This document shows, piece after piece, positions 30,546 through 41,775 of a stretch of DNA of 64,000 bases (positions are counted from its first letter, which is position 1; each line of letters opens with the position of its first letter). Under the pieces are notes generated by a model, which ran no database searches, was not told the origin of the DNA, and saw nothing but the letters and a program-made list of their open reading frames with translations. This DNA comes from Phycisphaerae bacterium (lineage in GTDB: Bacteria; Planctomycetota; Phycisphaerae; UBA1845): the NCBI GenBank assembly GCA_963666835.2, contig CAXXGO010000006.1, forward strand, positions 416,001 through 480,000, read 5' to 3'. The position numbers and the translations under genes were made by a program.

Positions 30546-31462
30546 AACGCCCCCGTTATTCGCGGATCGAGCCAGGCATATAACAAGTCGATTACCGTGT
30601 TGAACAACACCAGCAGCGTCGAGTACACCAAAACCGTGGCCATGATCAGCCCAGGATCGAGATTCAGCGCCGCATTGACGAAGTGCTGACCCAACCCGGG
30701 CACTCCGAACACCTTCTCAACCACAAACGAGCCGGTCATGGCCTGGGCGGTCGCCGGCCCGAGGTAGCTGAGCACCGGCAGGAACGCGACCTTGAAGGCG
30801 TGTTTCCAAACGACCGTGCGCGGGCTCAGGCCTTTCGCCAGGGCGGCGCGAACGAACTCGCTGCCCAGAACGTCCAGCATCCCGACGCGCGTTAGCCGGG
30901 CTATATAAGCCGTAAACGGCAAAGACAGCGTTATTGCGGGCAGCGGCAGGTGGGCGAGAGTCCCCCAGCCACCTACCGGGGTGATCGGCAGATATACCCC
31001 GAACACAATGAGCAAAGCCGTACCGGCCACGAACGTCGGCAGCGATATCCCCAGCAACACGAACGCCAGGCTAGCGAAATCGAACCACCCGCCCCGTTTC
31101 ACCGCGGCCAGCACTCCGACCGGAACACCGATCATCACCGCGATCAGGATGGCCAGCAGCCCGATGAGAATCGAGACCGGCAGTGCCTCGGCGATAATCT
31201 GGTTGCACGTCCAGTCGCTATAGGTGAACGTCGGCCCGAAATCGAGGTGAATGGCGCCGTCGAGGAACTCCCAGAAGTAGAGCCAATCGTTGTCCATGCT
31301 ATACCGCACGCGGAGAGCCTGTTCCGCCTCGGGGGGCATGTTGCGCTGTGACTGCTGGAACGGATTCCCGGGTATGGTAATCACCATCGTGAACGTGATG
31401 GTATAGATGCAACCGATAGTCATCGCCCCGAGAAGCAGCCGCCGAACGAGTAGGGTCGTCAT
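30542..31462 (-). CDS. oppB: Oligopeptide ABC transporter permease OppB/DppB
   Basis: PGNPF, DFGP, ARLTR..ML, ALAKGL...HAFK, VEKVFG.PGLG and DLLYAWLDPRI; ATGA overlap with oppA. Confidence 0.9.
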   Translation of the reverse strand: MTTLLVRRLLLGAMTIGCIYTITFTMVITIPGNPFQQSQRNMPPEAEQALRVRYSMDNDWLYFWEFLDGAIHLDFGPTFTYSDWTCNQIIAEALPVSILIGLLAILIAVMIGVPVGVLAAVKRGGWFDFASLAFVLLGISLPTFVAGTALLIVFGVYLPITPVGGWGTLAHLPLPAITLSLPFTAYIARLTRVGMLDVLGSEFVRAALAKGLSPRTVVWKHAFKVAFLPVLSYLGPATAQAMTGSFVVEKVFGVPGLGQHFVNAALNLDPGLIMATVLVYSTLLVLFNTVIDLLYAWLDPRITGAL

Positions 31463-33402
31463 CGTTCGATACTCACATAGCAAAACGGAAAACGCAGCCG
31501 GGCGTTGGCGTGCAGGCCCTTTACATACGGCTTGATCGCAATCGGCTGAGCGTAGTGCAATATCGGCAGGATCGGGCAATCCTCCTCCACCAGTATGCGC
31601 TCCGCGCCTTGCAGCAACTCGGCCCGCTCGGTGGGATCGGCTGCGGTGGACGCCCGGCTCATCAGGACGTCATAAGCCGCCCCGCTATACCCGCTGTCGT
31701 TGTTGCCGTTTCCGGTAATCAAGCAGTCTAAAAAGGTGGTCGGGTCGTGATAATCTCCATACCAGTTTCCGCGGGCGATCATGTAACGATGGTTCGCCTT
31801 GTCCTCGGCGAAGGTCTTGCTCTCCTTGCTGCGCAGCTCGACGCGCACGCCCAGGTCGCGCTCCCACATGCGGGCTAAAGCCTGGCAGATTCGCTCGTCT
31901 GCCGTTACATACAACAGCTCGATCGGCGGCAGGCCGCGACCGTCTTCGTACCCTGCCTCGGCCAGCAGGCGGCGAGCTTCGGGCACATCTCGGCGCAAAC
32001 CGATGGGAGGTTCGTATCCGGCGATAGTCCCCGCCGGCACGAACGAACGAGCGACGCGATCGCCGCGCTTCAGCACGTTGTTGACAATCTTGGCCTTATC
32101 CACGGCCAGGCTGAATGCCCGCCGCACCCGCGGGTCGATAAAAGGGTTCGGCTTCCCGCCGACGGTAGCGCTGACGCAGTTGAAGCTCAGAAAGTAAGTG
32201 GCGAATGTCTGGCACAGGTGAAAGTCCGGCCGGGCGCCGCTTTGGGCCAGCCGGGCAATCTCGTGATCGTACGGAACGTCCATAGTCGGCAGAAAGTCGA
32301 GGTCACCCGCTTCGTATGCCATAATAGCGGCACTAACGTTATCGTACACGACCATGTCCACCGTTCGACATGCAATCGCATCTGCCGTCCGATGAAACCG
32401 GTTTACGCCCAGTCGGGCTCGGCGTTTGAAGCGCCAGTCGGCCAGGCGATAGGGCCCGTTGCTGATCAAGCCGGGGTATCCGTTGCGGCGGTAGTCGGGT
32501 TTGGTCCACTGCGGATCGTAAACGACCAGACCCTCGGCCGTGATGGGAGCCTTACGATAACGCTCGCGGAGCCGTTCGATACTCTCGTGGCACGGGAGCA
32601 GCGTCGGGAAGGCGGTGATGTCCAAGAAGTACGGGCAAGGCCGGGCCAGCCGCACGGTCAGTTCCCGTTTGCCGGATGCCCGTACGCCCACTTTGGTGAA
32701 ACGCTGATCCATTTCGGAAATGTGGGCCGCAAAAGCGGCCTCGTAGCAGGCGTTCCAATCTATGGACAGACCGTCGAGCTTATCCGCAAACCGCTGCCAG
32801 GCGAGGTCCGCGGCGTCTTGCGCGGGCGGCTCCGGGATGGAGTCCGCGGTCGCGTGGATCTGACTAAAAGTCGGGCAGCGGGCCAAGGCCCGGGCTTGAT
32901 CGGGCGTGAGGGTCCACCCATCGCGGATTCGCGAAAGGCTGGTCAGCTCCGCGACCCCGGCGCGTCGCCAGGTGAGATACTCCCGTGCCCCTGCAAGGTG
33001 ATCGGTAAACAGGAACTGGTAGTCGCCGGCCGTGCCGGGTTCGAGCCCGCGCCGCCAGCCGCGCACAAAGTCGGCGGCGACGACGGAATCTCCGTTGGAC
33101 CACCGGGCATCGTCACGGATGGTGAACTTGTAGGTGAGCCGATCGGAGGAGACGTCGGGCGGGAACAATGCCGCGCCGTCGATGGGTTCCGTGGTTACGG
33201 GGTCGGAGGTAGTGAGCCCCTCCCAGATGTTCAGCGCGATGCGGAAGTCCGGAGTCCAGCTCATCCGTACCGGGTCGAGGGTGTGGATGCCGGACGGATT
33301 GACGTATGCGAAGTCAGCCCGGGAGTCACCGGAGGACAGCGAGTAAATGGACAATGACGAAACGAAGAGCAGAGCGCAGACCAGCAGGAGGTTGCGAATC
33401 AT
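31459..33402 (-). CDS. oppA: Peptide ABC transporter substrate-binding protein (family 5, OppA-like)
   Basis: TLDP, EGLT, YKFTIR.DARWSNGD.V.A.DF, SNGPY, D.RVRRAFSLAVD and WYGDY.DPTTFL. Confidence 0.9.
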   Translation of the reverse strand: MIRNLLLVCALLFVSSLSIYSLSSGDSRADFAYVNPSGIHTLDPVRMSWTPDFRIALNIWEGLTTSDPVTTEPIDGAALFPPDVSSDRLTYKFTIRDDARWSNGDSVVAADFVRGWRRGLEPGTAGDYQFLFTDHLAGAREYLTWRRAGVAELTSLSRIRDGWTLTPDQARALARCPTFSQIHATADSIPEPPAQDAADLAWQRFADKLDGLSIDWNACYEAAFAAHISEMDQRFTKVGVRASGKRELTVRLARPCPYFLDITAFPTLLPCHESIERLRERYRKAPITAEGLVVYDPQWTKPDYRRNGYPGLISNGPYRLADWRFKRRARLGVNRFHRTADAIACRTVDMVVYDNVSAAIMAYEAGDLDFLPTMDVPYDHEIARLAQSGARPDFHLCQTFATYFLSFNCVSATVGGKPNPFIDPRVRRAFSLAVDKAKIVNNVLKRGDRVARSFVPAGTIAGYEPPIGLRRDVPEARRLLAEAGYEDGRGLPPIELLYVTADERICQALARMWERDLGVRVELRSKESKTFAEDKANHRYMIARGNWYGDYHDPTTFLDCLITGNGNNDSGYSGAAYDVLMSRASTAADPTERAELLQGAERILVEEDCPILPILHYAQPIAIKPYVKGLHANARLRFPFCYVSIER

Positions 33403-33433
33403 ATCCTCGACCGCGCTGGAGCTTGGTTTCGGC

Positions 33434-34501
33434 CTACGGAGCCCCGACCGGTACGTCCCACGGGGCGGTGTTGAGGGCTCCGGCGTCCTTCGTCTGCGGG
33501 TTGCCTACCCAGAGATACGCCTGCTCGACGACCTGGCCACGCAGCTCGTGTCCGCCCTTTTCCAATTCGCCGCGGATGTCGCCGCCGCCCCGACCGCCGA
33601 GAAGGGCTGAAAGGACCTCTTCCGTTCCGTCCAGACGCCGTTCGATGGCAATCGCCTCATATTCGTCGAGTTCGGCTTTGTTGTACCGCTCGGCATCCAA
33701 CCGAAGAAAAACCGCCAACTTGTTAACAAGCTGAGTTTTCTGCGGCTGCGTTAATGGGCCGATTGTTGCGGGATCCCGGAAGAACTCCAGGGCGTTCACT
33801 TCCGCGCGATCGACCACCACGCCGCCAGCCCGCCGATCAGCCAGCCGCTTGTCGAACAACGCCATGTATGCGTCGAACGCAGCCGCCTCACCAGGATACG
33901 CCAAAGCCAAATATATCCGGCCAAGAACTACCGGGCTGGATTCGGCCAGACCGGTGTCTCGAAGAGCCTGAATCGCCTGCGCGAGCTGAGCCCGGTCCGT
34001 GGCGAGTTCGGTCTTGAGCTCCGTCAATCCCCGGACGCACAGGAACCGGCAGGCCGCATCGGCGGTCTTAACGCCGGCCAGGAGTCCGTCAAAAGTCTCC
34101 AGGCGGCGGAAATCAACGAGCACGGTCGCAAACGCTCGCCAGACCACCGGATTCGTGTCCGCCTTCGCGAACCAGCGGGCAGCCACGGCCGTCGTGCGAC
34201 TGGCCAGGTGCATGCGGAACTGCGAGGTATTCCGATCGTTGGAATACTGGGCATTCAAATCGCTACGAAACTTCTTCAGGCCGGCGTTGGGGTCGTTCGC
34301 GATGGCCGCAACTAGATTCGTCGCCTGCAGCTCGACCCAATCCTCGATCTGCCGCTGATCTCCCGATTTGATGTCATCGCGGCTGCGGATCTGCTCCACA
34401 GCGGCATCTTCGAGAGACTCGGTCTGGGCGAACGCGGTGGAAGAGATAAGGCTCGTCAACCCGAGGATCCCGGCAGCGCATAACGTGATGTGTTTCAGCA
34501 T
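33434..34501 (-). CDS. Exported alpha-helical (HEAT-like) hypothetical protein
   Basis: Signal peptide ending AFA-Q; helical Ala/Leu-rich body; lies at the head of the opp gene run. Confidence 0.65.
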   Translation of the reverse strand: MLKHITLCAAGILGLTSLISSTAFAQTESLEDAAVEQIRSRDDIKSGDQRQIEDWVELQATNLVAAIANDPNAGLKKFRSDLNAQYSNDRNTSQFRMHLASRTTAVAARWFAKADTNPVVWRAFATVLVDFRRLETFDGLLAGVKTADAACRFLCVRGLTELKTELATDRAQLAQAIQALRDTGLAESSPVVLGRIYLALAYPGEAAAFDAYMALFDKRLADRRAGGVVVDRAEVNALEFFRDPATIGPLTQPQKTQLVNKLAVFLRLDAERYNKAELDEYEAIAIERRLDGTEEVLSALLGGRGGGDIRGELEKGGHELRGQVVEQAYLWVGNPQTKDAGALNTAPWDVPVGAP

Positions 34502-34722
34502 AGTGTATTGACTCCCACCCCCAACTCGGCCTGACACCATGGCAAGCTGCCGACCAACCGGCAACGACGCACGGTCCCGCTCGGCCGATTACGATCCCGT
34601 TCGGGACTGCTTCAAGAAGGGATGGCGCCGGTAGTGTCCAGAACCATCCCAGGCAATCAGTATGGAGGCTACCGACGGCCCCCCCAACGGTCAAGACCGC
34701 CGACTCCCCAGCTCGCAATCAG

Positions 34723-34875
34723 GTAGGGTCCGCTCCGCCGACCATGCGGACTCGATTACACGTGGACTGCTACGTCTATCAGCAGTCTGTAGGGCACGGT
34801 CGAGGCACGAGACCTGCCGCGATTGGCGTGCGACGCGCGAAGCCGGTAGGGTCCGCTCCGCCGACCATGCGGACT
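34723..34875. repeat. REP cluster: two GTAGGGTCCGC...GCGGAC copies flanking one class-1 REP
   Basis: GTAGGGTCCGCTCCGCCGACCATGCGGACT at 34723 and 34846; class-1 copy at 34789-34818. Confidence 0.85.
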
Positions 34876-35098
34876 ACCAGCAGTCGTAGCAATCATCGTA
34901 ATAGTAGTAGTATCCGTCGTCGTAGTAGTCATCGTAGTAGTAATCGTCGTAGTAGTAATACCCATCGTAGTAGTAGTCGTTATCGTCGTCGCGGAAGAAG
35001 TCGAACGCTCCGGTGTATGGATCGCACGTGCCCACCGTTACCAGTGGGATCCCCGCACAGGCCAGCGCCAAGATTAATCGCTTCGCTCGATGCAACAT
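34874..35098 (-). CDS. Small secreted or lipoprotein-like peptide with a Tyr/Asp-rich tail (74 aa)
   Basis: GGAG RBS; MLHRAKRLILALACAGIPLVTVGTC leader; tail DDDNDYYYDGYYYYDDYYYDDYYDDGYYYYYDDCYDCW with mixed TAC/TAT and GAC/GAT codons. Confidence 0.7.
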   Translation of the reverse strand: MLHRAKRLILALACAGIPLVTVGTCDPYTGAFDFFRDDDNDYYYDGYYYYDDYYYDDYYDDGYYYYYDDCYDCW

Positions 35099-35241
35099 GG
35101 TCTCAATCTCCGTTGTCTCGCGTGCGTTCGCCCGCACTCTGAACAGCCACATATATACACCATCACGATATAGTTGACACACGACAACTAAATTGGTTAG
35201 CTAACCTCGGGGGTTTTCTTAAAATGGTGTCTAATAAGACT

Positions 35242-36501
35242 TTAGCGACTCAGTTTTGCGGAATCCGGTCCTTCGATGGACTGCTGTTGAGCCTTTTGCA
35301 CGCCGGCCGCGAAGAGCCCGACCAAGGCGAACAGAGCTGCTCCGACCCAATAGGGCCAAGAGGGACCGACATCGTATAGCGCTCCGCCGGCCAGGGGCGC
35401 CAACGTACGTGCAAAGGAGCCGACCCCTTGAGACAGACCGAGTACTCCGCCTTGGTGCCCGGACCCGGTCTGGCGGGAGATCAGGGCGTTGAGGCTCGGC
35501 CCGGTCAGTCCCTGGCCGAAAGCCGTGGGTATGCACCCCACGATGAGGCACGTCCAGGCGACGGCGGTAGTACCCACCAGGGGAACGCCCGACAGAATCA
35601 GCAGGCCGAACGCCGCGATAAACGGTCCGGTAGCTATGAGCTTAGCCTCTCCGAACGCTCGTGACAGCCGCCCAACCAGTCCGCCCTGGACGATGACCAT
35701 CAGGATCCCGATGTAGGCGAAGAGGATTCCGGTCCCGGTCTCGGTTATCCCGAAGCGATGCACGCACAGGTAGACGAAGGTCACCTCGAGAAGGACAAAA
35801 GCGAACACATTGAAGAACGAGATGGTAAACAGCTCGCGGAGTCGGGCGTGGCCGAGAACGGATCGCAACTGTCGCAAGAAATCCACGCCGGGATAACGGG
35901 AGCGATTTTCTACAGCATCCGGGCGGCTTTCGGGTAGGTAGCGCCAGACCAGGACCAGGGCGACGAAGGTAATTGCAGCGGCGCCGAAGGCGGGCCAGGC
36001 TGAACCGTGCCCGGGTCCGCTAACCCAACCCCCGATGAAGGCGAGCCCGGCGCCCAGGGCGGGTCCGACGACGAACCCGAAGCCGAACGCGGCGCCGAAC
36101 AGCCCCATGCCGCGAGCGCGATCCCGGGCGGTGGTGATGTCGGCAATGTAGGCTTGAGCTGTCGCAATGTTGGCACCCGTTACGCCATCGCAAACCCGGG
36201 CGATAAATAGCAGGGGCAAAGAAGATGCCAGATCTGCGACACCTAGCAGAACGTGACTGAGCACGCTGCCGGCCAGGCTGAGTAGCAGCACTTTTCGCCT
36301 TCCTACGCGGTCCGACCAGCGCCCGAGGATTGGGTTGAAAATCAGTTGCATCAGGGCGTAGACGCCCATGAGCATTCCGAGCGTAAAGCCGGTGGCGTTG
36401 AGGCGCTCGGCGTACACTGCCTGCAAGGGGATGATCAATCCGAAGCCAACCAGGTCGACGAAACAGATAAGCAGGATTAGTCGAAGGGGCGAACTCTTCA
36501 T
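35242..36501 (-). CDS. MFS transporter (TetA/DHA1-like)
   Basis: DLVGFGLIIP, motif A GRWSDRVGRR, AQAYIAD and motif C GFVVGPALG. Confidence 0.92.
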   Translation of the reverse strand: MKSSPLRLILLICFVDLVGFGLIIPLQAVYAERLNATGFTLGMLMGVYALMQLIFNPILGRWSDRVGRRKVLLLSLAGSVLSHVLLGVADLASSLPLLFIARVCDGVTGANIATAQAYIADITTARDRARGMGLFGAAFGFGFVVGPALGAGLAFIGGWVSGPGHGSAWPAFGAAAITFVALVLVWRYLPESRPDAVENRSRYPGVDFLRQLRSVLGHARLRELFTISFFNVFAFVLLEVTFVYLCVHRFGITETGTGILFAYIGILMVIVQGGLVGRLSRAFGEAKLIATGPFIAAFGLLILSGVPLVGTTAVAWTCLIVGCIPTAFGQGLTGPSLNALISRQTGSGHQGGVLGLSQGVGSFARTLAPLAGGALYDVGPSWPYWVGAALFALVGLFAAGVQKAQQQSIEGPDSAKLSR

Positions 36502-36775
36502 GGTCGATTCCGGGGGAGACGAAGCCCAGCCGCTCGGGGATAATAACGGGCGAGCGGTCGAAGGTCGCCATCTCAACGCGAATCGTTGTCACAGAAGCAG
36601 TCCGGCGGAGAATGGGGCTTCGCGACGTTGGCGGTAGTATCGGCCCCGCTTCGAAAAGATCCTGCAGCACGGCATTGCGTTTCCGCGACGTTTGCGGTTC
36701 GCACTCAAGTTGTTGCTGGCTTTTTTGCTGTCGTTCTTTTCGAAAAAACTTCGCAAAAACCCATGAGGAAGCCGG

Positions 36776-36803
36776 TTGACAGGGTCATTAAGGCCGCTAG
36801 TAT
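36776..36803 (+). promoter_or_regulatory. rRNA sigma70-type promoter
   Basis: TTGACA-16 bp-TAGTAT with an A/T-tract-rich upstream region (36720-36760). Confidence 0.7.
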
Positions 36804-36810
36804 AGCCAAT

Positions 36811-36846
36811 TCGCCACTGACGGTGGTGATGAGTTGTTCTTTGACA
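36811..36846 (+). promoter_or_regulatory. rRNA leader antitermination element (boxB-like hairpin and boxA)
   Basis: Hairpin TCGCCAC-TGACG-GTGGTGA followed by TGTTCTTTGACA (boxA consensus TGCTCTTTAACA). Confidence 0.7.
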
Positions 36847-37077
36847 AGTGAACAGGTTTGTCGTCGTGAGAGTGTGAGTGCTTCGCGGGGCGTGTCTGAT
36901 TTTGCCGCGCGTGGTTCTAAAAGCCTGTTGATCGGTTATCCGGTCAGCGGACGACCCTAAACTAGCTGACCCTACCAGGAGTCGGCGAGCTCTCATTCTC
37001 ACGGACACACGAATGATAGCCCTTAGTCGTATCTGATCGTTCCGGGTTTCGACCCGGGATGTTAGGAAACGAACTTC

Positions 37078-38625
<1,548 letters not shown>

Positions 38626-38752
38626 GAGGATTATCTAGACGTGAATCGCCTATATGGCGGTCATGAGATAGTCAACACACCTCGGTGCTCGCCTTCGGGT
38701 GAGTGCGACAACCCTGTGAGGGGTGGCCGACGACAAGCCTGTACTTGATATT

Positions 38753-38792
38753 AAACGCCCGGCGGGTCCGAACACGATCCGCCGGGCGTTTT
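38753..38792 (+). terminator. Rho-independent terminator after the 16S gene
   Basis: AAACGCCCGGCGGGTC-loop-GATCCGCCGGGCGTTTT. Confidence 0.8.
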
Positions 38793-39470
38793 AATTATAC
38801 TTCGGCCCGCGGGCCTTGCGGTAAACCGACTCCGAGCGGACGGTGCGGGGTTGGGTTGTCATCATGCGCGTCGAGGAACTCGTTCCGTTACACCAAGCGG
38901 AGACCTTCTCGCCGTTCAGGGCCCGCTTGGCCGCCAGACGCCATCTGGACGTCGAAGCTGTCTCAGGGAGAACCGCGCCCCAAAACCGGGCATTACGTTG
39001 CATTTTGACGCCTGCCCCGGGAGCCGGAGGGCAAGGCCTTGTCTTGCGGTCATGCTCCGACCCGGTATCAGGCTTATGTTGCGGTGGTCATACGAGTAGT
39101 CAGGCGTAAAATCGGCACACGCATCCTGCAGCCCGCTTGATGTTGCGTCCAACATCCACGTATCCGACAGGCCCGCATGCGAAGCTTCTGCGGCAGATCA
39201 CGGACCGATAAAGTCGCTTCGGACGATCACAAAGCAGAACTCATGGTACGAATCCGACGTCGCAATTGGTCACACGAATTCCGAACATCCAGGCAGCTAA
39301 ACCTGATACAATGGCAAAGTAACTTGGGGACGCTACCGACAGCGGATCCGGCCCAGGGGTGAGAGGCCATCCTGCCTGTTCGATCGTCCCCTCGTGTTGC
39401 CATTTGCCTGGACGACCGGCGCGCCGGGCTCAGCGAGCGAGAGCGTTGGGGTATTTCGGAGGATGATGAC

Positions 39471-40790
39471 ATGAGATCAACCACAGTGAGCCTACTGTTG
39501 GTTGCCACCGGGTTTTACTTCGCACCTGGATTCAGCGTCCGGGCCGAGCCAGTCGGTACGGCGTTCACCTACCAGGGACAGTTGAAGTTCCAGGGAGTGC
39601 CGATGGATGGTAAGGCGGACTTTTACTTTCGTCTGTGGAGTGCGCAGGAGGGGGGGTCGCTTGCAGGTTCGATGGGGCCGGTATCCACCGACGTCACAAA
39701 TGGTCTGTTCAAGGTCGATCTTGATTTTGGCCATGGCGTTTTTGACGGCTCGGCCTATTGGCTCGAGATTGAGGTGGCGTTCCCTTCCGGTGCAGGGAAT
39801 TGGACCGTGCTTTCTCCGCGCCAGGATATAACGCCGGCCCCTTACGCGTTGTTCGCAGCCACAGCGGAGGGCCTCGCCCTGCCGTATTCTGCTCTCGCCA
39901 ACGGCACTGCGACCCCGTTCGCCATCACGCAGACGGGCGGGGGCCGAGCTGCGACCTTCGCGACCAACAATGTCTCAAGCGATGAGTCTACATTTGTTGT
40001 GATTCACGGGGGGCAGGCTTCTGCCGGCGAATTCTGGATCAATAATCCGTCGAACGACGATGTGGCCCTCTTCGCGTCGAGTGTGGGCGGCGGGGCCAGT
40101 CTCTTCGGGCGGAATCTCTCGAGCGGACCGGCAGTGGAAGGGACGGCCCTGGGCAGCGGTCGAGCCGCATCGTTTGTTACTGAGTCTTCTACGAATGACA
40201 GCCCTACGATATATGCCGAGCAGAAAGGAACCGGACGTTGCGGTCATTTTCGGATCACGAATGCCGCAAGCGACCTAGCAGCGGTTTCTGCTTCAACGAC
40301 GGGTGATGGGCCTGCGGTTTCTGGATACACCGTCGGTGCCGGGTCGGCAATGCTCGCCAAAACCGACGGTACCGGCTACGCACTGCACGCCGATTCGACG
40401 GACGACGTGGAACCGGAGGGTGGCGGGGTCGTTCTAATCGGCCAGGAAAACGGGAATAACGTTGCCATCGACGGCAACGAAATCATGGCCCGCAGCAACG
40501 GAGAGGCATCGACGCTTTATCTCAATATCGATGGTGGCGACGTGGTGTTCGGTGGGGCGATCGACATCGGATACGAGATTGTCTCAGCGGACGAGTACGA
40601 CGTTAACACGATTAGGGTCTATTGTCCAGCCGGTAAGAAGGTGCTCGGCGGTGGTTGTGCGGGCGGCACCGACGGCGATTACATAGAGGAATCTCGGCCC
40701 TACGGTAGCAACGCTTGGGAATGCACCAAACGTTACAACCTCTCGACGCTGCAGATCCACGCCTGGGCGATCTGTGCGAACGTGAAATAG
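39471..40790 (+). CDS. Secreted protein with an N-terminal 'AFTYQG' module and Gly/Ala/Ser-rich beta-helix-like repeats
   Basis: GGAGG RBS and signal peptide; AFTYQGQL...GLFKVDLDFG...WLEIEV...LSPRQ.ITPAPYA; C-terminal CPAGKKVLGGGC...WAICA. Confidence 0.8.
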   Translation: MRSTTVSLLLVATGFYFAPGFSVRAEPVGTAFTYQGQLKFQGVPMDGKADFYFRLWSAQEGGSLAGSMGPVSTDVTNGLFKVDLDFGHGVFDGSAYWLEIEVAFPSGAGNWTVLSPRQDITPAPYALFAATAEGLALPYSALANGTATPFAITQTGGGRAATFATNNVSSDESTFVVIHGGQASAGEFWINNPSNDDVALFASSVGGGASLFGRNLSSGPAVEGTALGSGRAASFVTESSTNDSPTIYAEQKGTGRCGHFRITNAASDLAAVSASTTGDGPAVSGYTVGAGSAMLAKTDGTGYALHADSTDDVEPEGGGVVLIGQENGNNVAIDGNEIMARSNGEASTLYLNIDGGDVVFGGAIDIGYEIVSADEYDVNTIRVYCPAGKKVLGGGCAGGTDGDYIEESRPYGSNAWECTKRYNLSTLQIHAWAICANVK

Positions 40791-40919
40791 TATAGGCAGG
40801 GAGGAGTACACTAGGTGGCAGCGGCACGGCGTGCCGGTGCATGTCCGGGATAACGCACAGGTTTCTTGGTTGCGAGAGAACGTAAAGAGGACAAAGCGAA
40901 GAAGCGAGCAAGACGATGA

Positions 40920-41330
40920 ATCATTACGACCTGTACATCTGTTCGAACACTGCTCGGGCTGCTGATCTTCTCTGCCGGCCTAGCCGTGGCCGATGACTTC
41001 GAGATCGGCAGATCCACGATCGACGGTGGCGGTGTGATGTTAAGTGCTGGAGGAGAATTCGAGCTGTCGGGTACGACCGGGCAACCAGACGCAGGTGTTA
41101 TGGAGGGCGGGGACTTTACCCTGACCGGAGGATTCTGGTTCGAGGAGCCGCGCGGCGACTGCGATGGCACGGGCGGTGTTGACCCGCTCGATTACAGTGA
41201 TTTCGTGATATGCCTAACGGGACCGAGCGCCAACACCGCGGAGGGATGCAGCTGCTTCGACGTGGACCGCAACGGAACCGTTGACCTGTTCGACTTCGCA
41301 GTCGCTCAGACCAGCTTCACGCGATCGTAG
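40920..41330 (+). CDS. Small secreted protein with a dockerin/EF-hand-like C-terminal pair; 5' start anomalous
   Basis: STIDGGG...FELSGTTGQPDAG...LTGGFW followed by GDCDGTGGVD..DY and DVDRNGTVDLFDF. A signal-peptide-like LLGLLIFSAGLAVA is in frame, but there is no in-frame ATG (ATG 40916 is one base out of frame). Confidence 0.7.
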   Translation: MITTCTSVRTLLGLLIFSAGLAVADDFEIGRSTIDGGGVMLSAGGEFELSGTTGQPDAGVMEGGDFTLTGGFWFEEPRGDCDGTGGVDPLDYSDFVICLTGPSANTAEGCSCFDVDRNGTVDLFDFAVAQTSFTRS

Positions 41331-41469
41331 TCCGGTCGGCGGGCCGTCCGGCGCATGAGAGCCCTTCAACGCGCATCGTCACGACCACTCCTGACGATCT
41401 TACATAAAAGATGTTATCATCCACTAAAGCGGCCGGCGCTTCTGATAGCGGCCACTTGCTCAGACCGAC

Positions 41470-41675
41470 GGCAGGTCTCGTTCCTCGACCGTGCCCTACA
41501 CCCGACGCTGACCTACAGGGAGTCTACTAACGACAGAGGTGCCGGGTGTCATGGCCCACGCTTGCGTGGCCATGAAGGTCTTTCGGGTCGGCCGAGCGCG
41601 AGGGTGTCAACTTGGTCGCGCGGCCGTGCGCTCGATAGCCGTTGCGGAAGGTCTCGTACCTCGACCATGCCCTAC
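41470..41675. repeat. REP cluster between convergent genes
   Basis: Reverse class-1 copies at 41470-41499 and 41646-41675, with the palindrome CATGGCCCACGCTTGCGTGGCCATG between them. Confidence 0.8.
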
Positions 41676-41775
41676 ACGCGCGTACGCGGCCCTATCTGTG
41701 CGGTCGGCGTTGTCCGGGTTGCTTCACTTGCCCGGGGGTTTGTTGTTGACGGGCGTACGTTTGAAACCGGCGCGA

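Noticed and set aside
39471..40790. Prophage tail-fibre gene
   Set aside because: It has a Sec-type signal peptide and no phage genes nearby.
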